Source of the DNA: a bacterium
Lineage (GTDB): Bacteria > Fidelibacterota > Fidelibacteria > Fidelibacterales > Fidelibacteraceae
DNA length: 64,000 nucleotides
Assembly: GCA_963676395.1 (NCBI GenBank)
Contig: OY781066.1
Location: 704,001 to 768,000, forward strand
Direction: 5' to 3'
Shown: positions 52,912 through 63,694 of the stretch, piece by piece
Position numbering within the stretch: position 1 is the stretch's first letter
Layout of the letters: each line of letters starts with the position of its first letter
Notes under the pieces: model-generated
Told to the model about the DNA's origin: nothing
The model's database searches: none
Seen by the model: only the letters and a program-made list of their open reading frames with translations
Translations under genes and position numbers: made by a program

Positions 52912-54797
52912 GGCATACCCACACTATTGAGTTGGCGCATATATTCACGGACGCGTTCAAAATACATGCTATCTTGATAAGATAGTAAAAATTTTTCATA
53001 TATTTCAATGGCCTTTTCACTTTTCTTATCTCTTTCTAAAAAGTCCGCATAAGCTAAATAAAAGTAATCAGCCATCTCGAGCTCACTCATCTCACTAAGC
53101 ATATTCCCCCAAAATCCTCGTTCCAGATCCATGTCTTTGAATGCTCTCAAAAAGTCAAGATAGCGAAGAACATAAACAAACTTTGCTCCTGAATTCAAGG
53201 TGATCAAATGCTTGTATAATTCGGCTGCAGCCGCAGGATCTTGCTTTGCCAGCTCTAGCTCAGCCTCCTGCCATTGTTCCCTGTTTACACTATCTTTTGC
53301 CATCACCATGATTAAGGCGGAATAATTCAAAATATCGTTATACCGCTCATCAGTCGGTGAAAGAAGTGATAATATCGCATTTACCTTCTTTGATAATGAA
53401 TCTGTTTTTCCGCTCACGACTTCCGCATATAGTTGCCAAACAAGAAGTTTATCTTCCTCATGAACCATTAGTGAATATGCTTCCGTAGCGTTCGATATAA
53501 ACGCTTGCGCCGATTCCAGATCGCCTTTTGCCAAATATAGTTTCACCATTCTTTCAAGAAGCTTCTCACGGTTTTTTATGGATATGGTATTAATGGCATT
53601 GAGTGCCCTCTGCATGGCTTTATCAATATCCTGATAAATTGACATATCAATATCGATCAAAGCCAATAAGGCTTTTTCATTGATATCAAGTTTGCCATAA
53701 CTCAAACTATCATAGATAGCATAGGCTTCTTCAATCAGCTCAACATCCCGATCTTCAAAAGCCTTCAAGGGCAATTCACTAAAGGAAGAAGCAAAGGGTC
53801 TTGGAACTAACATTTCATGTTGATTGTTCTTCCGAAACTGTCCCATTAAGGCCTCAGCTTTTATAAAGATCATATATGATGATTGAATAACAGATCGACT
53901 GTATCTGAAGGCACGATCCGCGGCATCATAAGACAATGTATATTCTTGCTTTCGAAGAAGCGTATTAGCAAGATTGCTCAATGCACTTTGGATTTGTGGG
54001 TCTTCGTTCAGTTTACTCAAAGACTTTAGTGCCAGATCATAATCACCTATATACACATATATATCGGAAAGCAACACCTTGGCTTCCACTTGCTTGCTCT
54101 TACTTAAAACATCAATGGATTTAAAAAATAATATTGAATTAGGATCTTGCTTAAACAGATCATTTCTGACATATTTCAAATTAGATGGATTACGATCAAT
54201 AATATGATTTATCTCATCGATCGCCTGATCCCAGTTCCTGTATCTCAAAGCAATAGAGAAATTGTAACGCACCAGCAAATCAGGTTTTCGACTAATCTTC
54301 CTTAACTCATTGACGATCTCATAGAAAGAAGACCCCTGTCGATATTCCAGCACTTTTGAATAAATTGCATTCGCATAAGAACTGTGAAATTTTACGGTAT
54401 TCTTAGAAAACAATGCTTCCCAATGGGATTGGGCCTTTTTTTTATCATCTAGAGTATAAAGCAAAACAGATAATTCTATTCGCAGATACTGATCATTTTT
54501 ATTGTCTTGATATCGTCTTTCCAACAAAGGAAGTATCTCTTTGAATTTTCTTTGCTGGATCAGAATACTTTTATAACGATTATAATAATTGTAATTACTG
54601 GGATATAACCGATAAAGCTCAACATACAAAGATTCGGCTTTTGCATATTCACCCTTTCGCTCATAAGTCCCGGCTAAGCGATAGCTCTCACGTTCTTTTT
54701 GCGAGGCTGCAAATAAAAAATTAGCACTTAACAAAACAAGCAAACCGCCAAGCATAAGTACATTCGTCAATCGCTTATGTCGTTTAAACTGTCTCAT
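52908..54797 (-). CDS. TPR-like secreted protein
   Basis: Signal/TM segment then helical repeats; ATGA overlap with upstream gene. Confidence 0.6.
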   Translation of the reverse strand: MRQFKRHKRLTNVLMLGGLLVLLSANFLFAASQKERESYRLAGTYERKGEYAKAESLYVELYRLYPSNYNYYNRYKSILIQQRKFKEILPLLERRYQDNKNDQYLRIELSVLLYTLDDKKKAQSHWEALFSKNTVKFHSSYANAIYSKVLEYRQGSSFYEIVNELRKISRKPDLLVRYNFSIALRYRNWDQAIDEINHIIDRNPSNLKYVRNDLFKQDPNSILFFKSIDVLSKSKQVEAKVLLSDIYVYIGDYDLALKSLSKLNEDPQIQSALSNLANTLLRKQEYTLSYDAADRAFRYSRSVIQSSYMIFIKAEALMGQFRKNNQHEMLVPRPFASSFSELPLKAFEDRDVELIEEAYAIYDSLSYGKLDINEKALLALIDIDMSIYQDIDKAMQRALNAINTISIKNREKLLERMVKLYLAKGDLESAQAFISNATEAYSLMVHEEDKLLVWQLYAEVVSGKTDSLSKKVNAILSLLSPTDERYNDILNYSALIMVMAKDSVNREQWQEAELELAKQDPAAAAELYKHLITLNSGAKFVYVLRYLDFLRAFKDMDLERGFWGNMLSEMSELEMADYFYLAYADFLERDKKSEKAIEIYEKFLLSYQDSMYFERVREYMRQLNSVGMP

Positions 54798-57700
54798 TCC
54801 GAAAGCTCCTGCCATGTTTGTTCATTTAAAAGAGATTCCAGATATATTTCCATTTGGCGCTTTTCCTGAGGACTAAGATTTGTCTCTCGCAACTCACGAC
54901 GAATGCTATTGATCAACAATTCGCGCTCTCCGAGGTCTACGGGTAGTGACAAGGAATTTTCCCTCTTCATAGCTTGTCCACTTTTAGATTCACGTTCTTT
55001 TTTATAATCCCTGGATGTGGCCGAACGGCTGGCATCCAATAATCGTTGAAGTATCTGTTCTTGACGCATCATTGTTTGACGGTTAACATTATTCTTGCGC
55101 ATTTGATTGATCACATCTTCCATATCTTTGGCGATACGATCCAGATCACCCATCATGCGTTTACCCTGACCACCTTCTTCCATGGATTGCTGCAACCCCT
55201 TGAGTGAGCGTCGCAATGCTTGCTGACGAGCCGCCATTTTCGCCATCTGATCTATCAAGGATTGCGAAGGTGAACCGTCCATTCCCATTTGTTGCATACC
55301 TTGATTCAATTGTTGTTGTTGCCCGGCCATTTGTTGCAATTGCTGCATATAAAAATCCATACCCGAAGCATTGCCTTGCTGTTCATCGCGCACCATGTTC
55401 ATTCTTTCCAATAGTATACGACCCAGCTCGTTCATACTTTTAAAAGCCAGCTTAATATGCTTTTTCCCGGTAGATAGTTTTGCCTGCTCAATATTTACAA
55501 TACCGCTTTTTAAATATGCCATCACGGCACCTAATTTTTGTCCCAAAGCCTTATCTACCAAAAAGGTCATTTTGGATAGTTGCAATAAACCGGCATTCAG
55601 TTCCGTTGCCAGTGCCAGTATATCATATTCGGTAGATGTATAAGCATGTAAGAGTGGTGAATTATTCTCGATCCCGGAATATATTCCATTGCTATTCTCT
55701 TGCTGCGATGACATATACATACATTGCAAGAAGGCCTTCCGAAATGCATTTTCGACTGCCTCTTTTTGCTTCTGCATCATTTCACCGGACATTGAGGAGA
55801 ATTGCTCTTGAAGCTGACTAAGTTTATCCTTTGACTGCTGCCCTTGCTCTTGTCCGGTCTGCTTTTCACCTTTTGAAAAACTCTCAGACGATTGTTGCAT
55901 AAGATCTGATACTGCCTCTTGATTCATCTGTTCAAGAAAGTCTTCGTAAGCGGAATCATCGTTCTCCGAAAACAATTCTGCCGACTCGTTCGCCAAGTTT
56001 TCCATACTTTGCGTTTCATCACTAAGTTGTGATTCCTGTTGAGCCAATTCATCACCCGAACGCTGATCGCTTTTCTCAAGAATATCTTGTTGATTTTTAA
56101 TAGCGTCTTTCATACGTTCGCCTAATTCTTCCAAACGCTGTTCCTGTTGAATGCGCTTGAATATCTCCAACATCCTATCCAGACTCTCTTCGAACTTTTT
56201 AGCCTTCTCTGAGAATTCTTCTAGGATTTTCTCCATATTGGAATCGTCATTTCGCTTCATTTTTTCCTGAAGCTCTTGCATCATATCAAATAACTCGTCA
56301 TCCATCAATTCATTCATCAGCTCCTGAAGCTGTTCAAAATCATTCATGACTTTTTCGGAGAACATGGTGTTCTCATCCATGAATTTCTTTTGTTCTTCCA
56401 TAGCTTTTTGAATTTCTTGTAAATCCTTTTGTCCCTCTTCCAACATCGAAAGATTTTCCTCAAGCGCACTTTTATTTTCCCAGTCGAGTTTCCCTTCCTG
56501 CAAAAGCTCTTTGCGTATCTCTTCGATATCTTCGGCAATTTCTTCCACTAACTCACTTTTTTCTTCCAGTGCAAGTGTTTGCTCGTCGTTTTGCTCCCTG
56601 TTTGATTCAAATAGATCTGTCAAAGTCGGCAATTTAGCATAAAATGTAGTTGAACGACGATACTTCGGTCCAGATATCACATCGTTATCATAGATCAAAA
56701 ACGAATAGCGAATTTCGGAACCCGGCGAAACAAAGTTATCTATTTCCCAAATACCTGCTCGAGTTTGGTATTTTAATCCTTTATCAAGCTCTAATTCATG
56801 CTTATATGTCGTAGTATCAGGCAAAAATGAATATTCCGAGTGAATGGTATACTCTACATAAAAATGACTTAAACCATAGTCATCCTGCAACTGTGCGACA
56901 TAGGGTAAACTCATGTTTTCATTTAAAAGATATTCCTCATTCTGCCGAGGTGTCAACAAACTGAGCGAAGGAAATTCATCTTCAACAATATCAATTTCAT
57001 ATACCGGTAATGTTTCGGTACTGATATTTTTCAAATTCTTAACAAGAATTGCAAGCTTGCCGCTTTTTAGCGCTTCGAATTCTATATGGCAAGAATGATA
57101 TGCCATGCGCATTTCGTACTGTTTATCATCCATAATAAGTATTGCTTCACCCGGGTCTTCAGAAAGTGACATACTTATCGAAATCATAGAACCATATAAA
57201 CAGGAAATTTTATCAATATTGCCTTGATAATGTGCATCGGGAATACCCGAATATTCCGGCGATTCAATTAAAATATCAATAGAGCGAATTTGCGGTCGCT
57301 GCATCACGTCTACAGAAAGCGTATCGGCTGCAAGATAAAATCTTGGATAAAATATATTCGGACGTCTTAGCAATGCGTAATATTCACGAGAGCTATTTAA
57401 ACGATTGTTCTGATAAGAAATGATACTGTCCCGACTCCTTAACAGCAATTTCACCTCACCATTCTCAACATTTTCTTCATACAATTCAAGGATATACTTT
57501 TCAGCATGACGTGTCCTTATATCAAACGAAAGGGAGTCATATGAATAAATACTTGTATCGGTAGTTGAAAATAAAATTGCAGCTTTGATATTTGGCTCAA
57601 AGGATACCCCGGGTTTAAATACCCGTTCATAAGATTTTGGTAGAAAAAGGGCAAAGACCATCAACAGACTTATTAATACCATAATTGAGCGAAGTTTTTT

Positions 57701-58135
57701 ACTTTTATTTTTGGGTGTATAGGTATTAAAAAATTTATTTTTATCGTTATTCTTAATAAATTCTTCAACGGCAAGTCGTGCAATATCTCCATCTTGCTCG
57801 GCCAATTGAGCATGAACCAATAATTTATCTTCTACATCTAGAAATTTGTCACCTATGGTTAAAAGATCATTTTCATCTTCCTTTTTATTTTTTTGAGAAT
57901 GAAAAATAATCTTAAAAAAGCGATAGATAAAAACAGCATTCAAGAAGCCCAAGTACCATATATTTTGTTTAACATTGGCAGGAAGATACCAAAGACTTTC
58001 TATCGCAAGAAATATGACAAGTGCTAAAAAATTAACGATTAGAAAATCAGCAGACAATCCAAACAGATCATCCTTTATACGCAGACGATGATAGTTGTGA
58101 AGTATGTCTGTAAAATATGTGTTCTTTTTCTTCAT
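54794..58135 (-). CDS. Large membrane-anchored coiled-coil protein (DUF4175-like)
   Basis: N-terminal TMs, DDYGLS and DNDVISGPK motifs, Q/E-rich coiled coils, RQEQILQRLLDA. Confidence 0.65.
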   Translation of the reverse strand: MKKKNTYFTDILHNYHRLRIKDDLFGLSADFLIVNFLALVIFLAIESLWYLPANVKQNIWYLGFLNAVFIYRFFKIIFHSQKNKKEDENDLLTIGDKFLDVEDKLLVHAQLAEQDGDIARLAVEEFIKNNDKNKFFNTYTPKNKSKKLRSIMVLISLLMVFALFLPKSYERVFKPGVSFEPNIKAAILFSTTDTSIYSYDSLSFDIRTRHAEKYILELYEENVENGEVKLLLRSRDSIISYQNNRLNSSREYYALLRRPNIFYPRFYLAADTLSVDVMQRPQIRSIDILIESPEYSGIPDAHYQGNIDKISCLYGSMISISMSLSEDPGEAILIMDDKQYEMRMAYHSCHIEFEALKSGKLAILVKNLKNISTETLPVYEIDIVEDEFPSLSLLTPRQNEEYLLNENMSLPYVAQLQDDYGLSHFYVEYTIHSEYSFLPDTTTYKHELELDKGLKYQTRAGIWEIDNFVSPGSEIRYSFLIYDNDVISGPKYRRSTTFYAKLPTLTDLFESNREQNDEQTLALEEKSELVEEIAEDIEEIRKELLQEGKLDWENKSALEENLSMLEEGQKDLQEIQKAMEEQKKFMDENTMFSEKVMNDFEQLQELMNELMDDELFDMMQELQEKMKRNDDSNMEKILEEFSEKAKKFEESLDRMLEIFKRIQQEQRLEELGERMKDAIKNQQDILEKSDQRSGDELAQQESQLSDETQSMENLANESAELFSENDDSAYEDFLEQMNQEAVSDLMQQSSESFSKGEKQTGQEQGQQSKDKLSQLQEQFSSMSGEMMQKQKEAVENAFRKAFLQCMYMSSQQENSNGIYSGIENNSPLLHAYTSTEYDILALATELNAGLLQLSKMTFLVDKALGQKLGAVMAYLKSGIVNIEQAKLSTGKKHIKLAFKSMNELGRILLERMNMVRDEQQGNASGMDFYMQQLQQMAGQQQQLNQGMQQMGMDGSPSQSLIDQMAKMAARQQALRRSLKGLQQSMEEGGQGKRMMGDLDRIAKDMEDVINQMRKNNVNRQTMMRQEQILQRLLDASRSATSRDYKKERESKSGQAMKRENSLSLPVDLGERELLINSIRRELRETNLSPQEKRQMEIYLESLLNEQTWQELSE

Positions 58136-58138
58136 TAT

Positions 58139-58804
58139 TTATCTATTTAAATGATACAGAAAAATATTTGTGCCCATTTTAAGTGCAGCTTCTCTCAATT
58201 CTGTCGGATCTTTATGGACTTCCGCATTTTCCCAGCCGTCACCCAGATCACTTTCATAGGAATAAAAAACAACCAAACGACCACGATGGAACAACCCTAA
58301 ACCTTGAGAGGGTTTATTATCATGTTCATGGATCTTTGGCAGTCCATGAGGAAAATCATATTTCTGATGGTATATTTGATGGTCAAAAGGTAATTCGACC
58401 CAATCCTTATCCGGAAATATTCTTTTCATTTCACGTCGAAAAGAATGATCCATACCATAGTTATCGTCGGCATGTAAAAAACCACCATTCTCCAAATAGT
58501 ATCTCAAACGCTTAATGTCTTTTTCAGAAAATCGCACATTACCATGACCATTCATATATAAATACGAATAATGAAAGAGTTCGGGGTCACCGGGTTCGAC
58601 AACTGCTTGTTTATCTGCCATGGAAAGATCAGTATTCGATTCAATATAATCCATTAAATTTTCAATGGATCCGGGATTGCTATACCAGTCCCCTCCACCA
58701 GCATATTTCAAACGAGCAATTTGCATATCTTGCATACCCGCAGCCGGCAATAAGGAAATCAATATCAGGCAAAAGAAACAAATTTTAGAAATGTGATTTT
58801 TCAT
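58139..58804 (-). CDS. DUF4159 family protein
   Basis: LKYAGGGDWY, YMNGHGN, GGFLHADDNYG and DLGDGWE motifs. Confidence 0.8.
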   Translation of the reverse strand: MKNHISKICFFCLILISLLPAAGMQDMQIARLKYAGGGDWYSNPGSIENLMDYIESNTDLSMADKQAVVEPGDPELFHYSYLYMNGHGNVRFSEKDIKRLRYYLENGGFLHADDNYGMDHSFRREMKRIFPDKDWVELPFDHQIYHQKYDFPHGLPKIHEHDNKPSQGLGLFHRGRLVVFYSYESDLGDGWENAEVHKDPTELREAALKMGTNIFLYHLNR

Positions 58805-58928
58805 GGATGAAATATAGCCAATAATTAAGAATTAAAAATTAAAAATGTTATAGAGAAATTCGATTTCCAATACATAATTTCAATCTCAGTATTGCACAAC
58901 GACGGCACCCTCCACCGTGCTTCTTATC

Positions 58929-58968
58929 CAACCGAGTCGGTTGAAAGTTTGGCGAACCGAGTCGGTTG
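58929..58968. repeat. Two CAACCGAGTCGGTTG palindromes, 25 bp apart
   Basis: Units at 58929 and 58954, same family as 38560-38699. Confidence 0.8.
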
Positions 58969-59038
58969 CTTTTTTAATCTCATAAACAAAAGCCACAACA
59001 AAGTTGTAGCTTTAAAATTTTTATTTGGCTAAACAATC

Positions 59039-59467
59039 CTATCTAAACATTGCCTTGATGCTTCCCCAAGTCTGCTGACTAACTCCAAGATTAGAAATTG
59101 AAACTAAAATTTTATCTGAGTTCTTGTATGATCCATCTTTCATCACGGCACGAACAAAATAATTAAATGAATACGCACCGGATTCTGCAGATTTTGAGAA
59201 CAAGTTATCATCTTGAAAAATATAAGCTGCGCCAAGCCCCAATGCAGTTACAGATGCGCGTTTACTTAAAATAGAACTTCCATCGCGCGAACGATATATC
59301 TCGTAATACTTTACAGCATGTTCATCTTTAGCCTGCCAGGAAACGCGAATACCGGAATCATGCTCATTAGCTACAACATAATTGAAACCATCCCAAGCGA
59401 ATAGCATGGAAGTGCAAAAGAGCAGGACAATAAATAAAAATGATAATTTTTTCTTTTTCATAGTCAT
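59039..59467 (-). CDS. Small secreted FN3/Ig-like protein with TWGSIKAMFR tail
   Basis: Signal peptide; VSW...YEIYRS...YFVRA beta-sandwich pattern. Confidence 0.6.
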   Translation of the reverse strand: MTMKKKKLSFLFIVLLFCTSMLFAWDGFNYVVANEHDSGIRVSWQAKDEHAVKYYEIYRSRDGSSILSKRASVTALGLGAAYIFQDDNLFSKSAESGAYSFNYFVRAVMKDGSYKNSDKILVSISNLGVSQQTWGSIKAMFR

Positions 59468-59627
59468 AGCGACTAAATATACACTTAAAATAGAGTAAGT
59501 TACAAGGCATTTTTTAATAGCTCGTACATTACGTACAAGAAGGCTCAATCATAAAGTACTTACTTATCCTATCACACTATCATTTGGAAATAACGATTAA
59601 CTATTGTTCTACAGCTTCGGGTTTTTG

Positions 59628-61028
59628 TTAAGTACCGCTTCCGGATAACATGATCGCAATGGTATTGAGCATAATCTTTAGGTCGAGCTTAAGCGACATA
59701 TTCTCAATGTAATAAATATCACAAGCAAATTTCTTCTGTACTTCTTCAAAAGTTTGCGGGTAAGGTACCGATATTTGCGCCCAGCCGGTAATACCGGGTT
59801 TTACTCTCATTCTATGGCGATAAAATGGGATCTGTTTTTCCAGTTGATCTGTTAGTTTAAGCATATCAGGTCTTGGTCCAATAATACTCATGTCACCTTT
59901 TAATACATTCACGAGTTGCGGAATTTCATCAATTCTATAACGACGTATAAACTGGCCAATTCTTGTAACTCTTTGATCATTTTCTGTTGTTAAAATTACT
60001 TTATCCCCTTGAGACTGAACATTATGTTTCATTGAACGGAATTTAATTATTTTAAATGCTTTCCCGTCCTTGCCCAATCTATCTTGAGTATAAAAAATCG
60101 GTCCTTTTGAATCTAACCTTATTAATAAAGAAAGTATCAATCCAAAGGGAAGGAATAACAAAAATCCCAAAAAAGACAAAAGCACATCCGTTATTCTTTT
60201 TATCAATTTTTCCCATGGTGTCATTATTCCAGGATTGATATCAATCAGGGGTATTCCCAAAATCTGTTGAGTTCTTGCCAAACCAGAAATAATATCATAC
60301 ATATCAGGTAAAATCTTTATACCCACTTTTGTATTTGAAACAGCTTTGATCACTTCAAGAATTTTGTCATGTTTATCACTTCCAAATGCCAAAACAAGTT
60401 GTCGAATATTATTTTTTTCAATCAAAACCTGAATATCTTTTAATTCACCAATTCTTTCAACACCATCTACTGAGATGATTTCATCTCCATCTACATCAGC
60501 CCTAATAAATCCAATTACCTTATAACCCAAAGCAGGATATTTCTTTATTTTTTGGTATATTTCATATCCTTTTGGATTACATCCGACTATTAACGTGGAA
60601 CTTAAGCCAATACCTTTTGCAAGCTGATTATGCCTTATTGATAAGATAACACTTCGAAACAGCATAACCAGGATCATTTGAGCTAACCAATATATTACAA
60701 TAATCAGACGCCCAACAGAAAAGGGATTAAGCATATCAAAAGTTAAAAGGAACAAAAGGATCATCCCATAGCTAGTGGCTTTAAATACCTTAATATTTTC
60801 ATCCGTTCTAGAAGGTGCTTCAGGAAGACCATACAAACCATTATATAAATAAAATATTAACCAGTATACATATAATACAATTATCGGCAACAATAAATCA
60901 CTAATATAAATTTCAATATCAATATCAAATATTCCAGAGCGATAACGCAACCAGAATATTAATATAAAAGCTAATATGGTAGATATTAGATCAGAAATAA
61001 TTAATGCTATTGTATAACGTTTATTCAT
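59628..61028 (-). CDS. Polyprenyl-phosphate sugar phosphotransferase (WcaJ/WbaP-like)
   Basis: KFRSM, IDEIPQLVNVLKGDMSIIGPRP and KPGITGWAQ motifs. Confidence 0.92.
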   Translation of the reverse strand: MNKRYTIALIISDLISTILAFILIFWLRYRSGIFDIDIEIYISDLLLPIIVLYVYWLIFYLYNGLYGLPEAPSRTDENIKVFKATSYGMILLFLLTFDMLNPFSVGRLIIVIYWLAQMILVMLFRSVILSIRHNQLAKGIGLSSTLIVGCNPKGYEIYQKIKKYPALGYKVIGFIRADVDGDEIISVDGVERIGELKDIQVLIEKNNIRQLVLAFGSDKHDKILEVIKAVSNTKVGIKILPDMYDIISGLARTQQILGIPLIDINPGIMTPWEKLIKRITDVLLSFLGFLLFLPFGLILSLLIRLDSKGPIFYTQDRLGKDGKAFKIIKFRSMKHNVQSQGDKVILTTENDQRVTRIGQFIRRYRIDEIPQLVNVLKGDMSIIGPRPDMLKLTDQLEKQIPFYRHRMRVKPGITGWAQISVPYPQTFEEVQKKFACDIYYIENMSLKLDLKIMLNTIAIMLSGSGT

Positions 61029-61035
61029 ATTTGAT

Positions 61036-62712
61036 TTAGTAATTCAGATTTATTTGTAACGAGTAATAAAGATCATTTATCCCATTAGTTCTTGAGTATT
61101 CACAAGACGCAAGAAATGAGATAGCATCTCTCCATCGATATAACCAATCAAGTCGTGCAGAAAAAGTTTTGGTCATATCACCCATTAACCATTTTGTACT
61201 ATAATCAAGATCCCAGGACTTATCGTAATCATCTTGATTCGAGTCCCCACCTATAGGATACATTGTATCATCAACCATTATTGAATCTGCTCCTTCTATA
61301 AGATATCCAGTCGTTAAAGTTAATCGATGACGCAAAGATAAATCATAATTCAATTGAGCATTTATATATTGAGTATTCGGTCCAGCATAAAAACCCAGTT
61401 CTCGACCATGATGAGTATAATTAGCAAAAATAAAATGATGGGTATATGTCCATGGGTGAACAGCTGTTGCCTCAAAAATTAAATCAGCTGGAATAGAGCG
61501 CGGTGAAATTTGGAGTCCTCCCTGCAAAGCATACTTATTTGCCCAAAAATCATTAAATATTTGACCAAACACCAATTCGTCAAGAAACACCGTGCCATAT
61601 AATCTCAAACCATTAATTGGGAATAATTCGGCTTCCAAAGAAATCATCTTATTATCTCGATCACCCAAAGCATGCTCAGACGGCCAAAGAAATATCATAG
61701 GCACCAAATAAGTTAGTTCCGGAAAACGATCTTCTCCACCATACATGACCAATTCAGAAAAATTCACATGAAAACGTGGAGAAAATAGAATTTCTAAACG
61801 ATGTGCTGCAATATATTTGGGTATATAATACCTTCCATCATCATTCATACTGGAATATGTAGGGGTCATTAATGGACCGTGTAAAACACTATATTTAAAA
61901 TGTTTAAAACGTTTAGACCACGATAAAGAACCAAAAGTAGTTGCATTATCAGACAAAACCACTGAATTCAAACCATTGCCCCAATTATGAGGATATTGTG
62001 CTATGCTGACTGTTCCAAAATCCCCCGTAAAATTCGCATAGGCTTCTGATCTATCAAATGTGGCAATTCTATCAAAATCTCCACCGGCGGCAAACCAATA
62101 CCCTTTAAACTCATCTACCGGATCTGTCCACCCGTCAGGTAAATATTGATGAAAAAAGTAACCATCAACAAACATTGCAACATGATCGCCTGTTTGAATT
62201 GCGGCATAGGCTCCCAGCTGATCCATAAACCGCATAGTCGAATTTTTCCCTTCAATACGAGTCATTAGATCCATATCAAGCCAGATAGTTGTCTTTTCAT
62301 CCTCAAATAAGTAAATATGCTTTTCCTCTTCACACAATTCATCTGTAAAAATACATTTTACATCGTGTTTAAGATTTTTCCAACTTGACAGACCCAATCT
62401 GGAATCCTCTCCCTCACCCAAAACCGGATGTTTTTGTTCGCTTAGTTCATGCCTATACTCTACAATAAAGTCATATAATATTTCTCTTTCTACACGTGGT
62501 AATTCATTCTCAATTTCCAATAATTTCACCAACCAAATAACTATTTCATCTCGCTGAATTGGTTGAGTATCATTTAAAAATTCAGGGATATAACCACGTG
62601 TTGCCTGTCTTTCGAGAAAATAATAAACAGGATTTCCTATTGGAACAAATAACTGCATTGCCCATGCATAAGAAAATAGCAAAGCAATTAATAAAAATCT
62701 TTTATTTTTCAT
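61036..62712 (-). CDS. Capsule assembly Wzi-like outer membrane protein
   Basis: Signal peptide; KYIAAHRLE, YGTVFLDE and PWTYTH...GPN motifs; polysaccharide-locus context. Confidence 0.55.
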   Translation of the reverse strand: MKNKRFLLIALLFSYAWAMQLFVPIGNPVYYFLERQATRGYIPEFLNDTQPIQRDEIVIWLVKLLEIENELPRVEREILYDFIVEYRHELSEQKHPVLGEGEDSRLGLSSWKNLKHDVKCIFTDELCEEEKHIYLFEDEKTTIWLDMDLMTRIEGKNSTMRFMDQLGAYAAIQTGDHVAMFVDGYFFHQYLPDGWTDPVDEFKGYWFAAGGDFDRIATFDRSEAYANFTGDFGTVSIAQYPHNWGNGLNSVVLSDNATTFGSLSWSKRFKHFKYSVLHGPLMTPTYSSMNDDGRYYIPKYIAAHRLEILFSPRFHVNFSELVMYGGEDRFPELTYLVPMIFLWPSEHALGDRDNKMISLEAELFPINGLRLYGTVFLDELVFGQIFNDFWANKYALQGGLQISPRSIPADLIFEATAVHPWTYTHHFIFANYTHHGRELGFYAGPNTQYINAQLNYDLSLRHRLTLTTGYLIEGADSIMVDDTMYPIGGDSNQDDYDKSWDLDYSTKWLMGDMTKTFSARLDWLYRWRDAISFLASCEYSRTNGINDLYYSLQINLNY

Positions 62713-63694
62713 GTTTCCCCAATCCAAAAACAAATCCTATACCATAAGCATAATGTAAAATAAAAAAGACAAGCACAAAAAGAAATATATCATTAAATCT
62801 TTTCTTGTATCTTAATGTCATTCTAATAGAAATAATCATATAAATAAAAAGCACTAAGAGTGGAAAAAACAGCATCCAGCTTAAAAAAGCACCGCAAACC
62901 ATAGTTACAGTCATAATAATTGCAAATATAGCTGGGATCAAATGTCGAAGACGAAAAGCATTATGATACTTTCTGTTAATATATGTTTTCCAAAGTCCAG
63001 CCAAATACTGCCTCCTCCACAAACTATAAAAGGTATCTCGAACAAAGTATTCGCTGCGTAAAGAATTTATTTTATATAATTTGTAACCCTGACTCCTTAA
63101 TCGTGTATTAAGATCCCAATCCTGGCCTCGAACACAATTTTCATCAAAGCCACCAACACTCTCAATGTCTTGTTTCCAATAGCAGCCGTAAACAATTGAA
63201 TCTACTTCACCTGCACTTTCGTCAGAAAGATAACTTGCACCACCATTACCAAAAATTGAACGTGTGGCCAAACTGATTATATTACCTTTTCGACTTTTCC
63301 CCCTAGAAATCGTAGGACATCCAATACCACATATATCTTTATTCAGATGTTCTACTAGTTTTCGATAATAACTTTTTTCAAACAAAACATGTCCACTAAG
63401 AAATGACAGCACTTCCCCACGCGACTTCTCTATCCCCAAATTCCATCCAGCTGCAGATAGTATTTTAGTATTTTGATAAAGAAAACAGTTCTTATACTTT
63501 TTGGTAAACTTTTTAATAATTTTTATGCTACCATCATCTGACATTCCATCTGTTATGATAACCTCATATTTATCCTGAGGATAATCTTGTTCAAACAGCA
63601 TATTTAAAGTGTCTTCGATAAACTTTTCTTCATTCCTTACAGCTAATAGCACACTAATAATTGGATATTTAATTTCTTTTCTATTCATGATCAA
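62702..63694 (-). CDS. Glycosyltransferase family 2 (ExoA-like)
   Basis: SVLLAVRNEE, DGMSDD and GGFDE...QDWDLN.RL motifs. Confidence 0.9.
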   Translation of the reverse strand: MIMNRKEIKYPIISVLLAVRNEEKFIEDTLNMLFEQDYPQDKYEVIITDGMSDDGSIKIIKKFTKKYKNCFLYQNTKILSAAGWNLGIEKSRGEVLSFLSGHVLFEKSYYRKLVEHLNKDICGIGCPTISRGKSRKGNIISLATRSIFGNGGASYLSDESAGEVDSIVYGCYWKQDIESVGGFDENCVRGQDWDLNTRLRSQGYKLYKINSLRSEYFVRDTFYSLWRRQYLAGLWKTYINRKYHNAFRLRHLIPAIFAIIMTVTMVCGAFLSWMLFFPLLVLFIYMIISIRMTLRYKKRFNDIFLFVLVFFILHYAYGIGFVFGLGKHEK

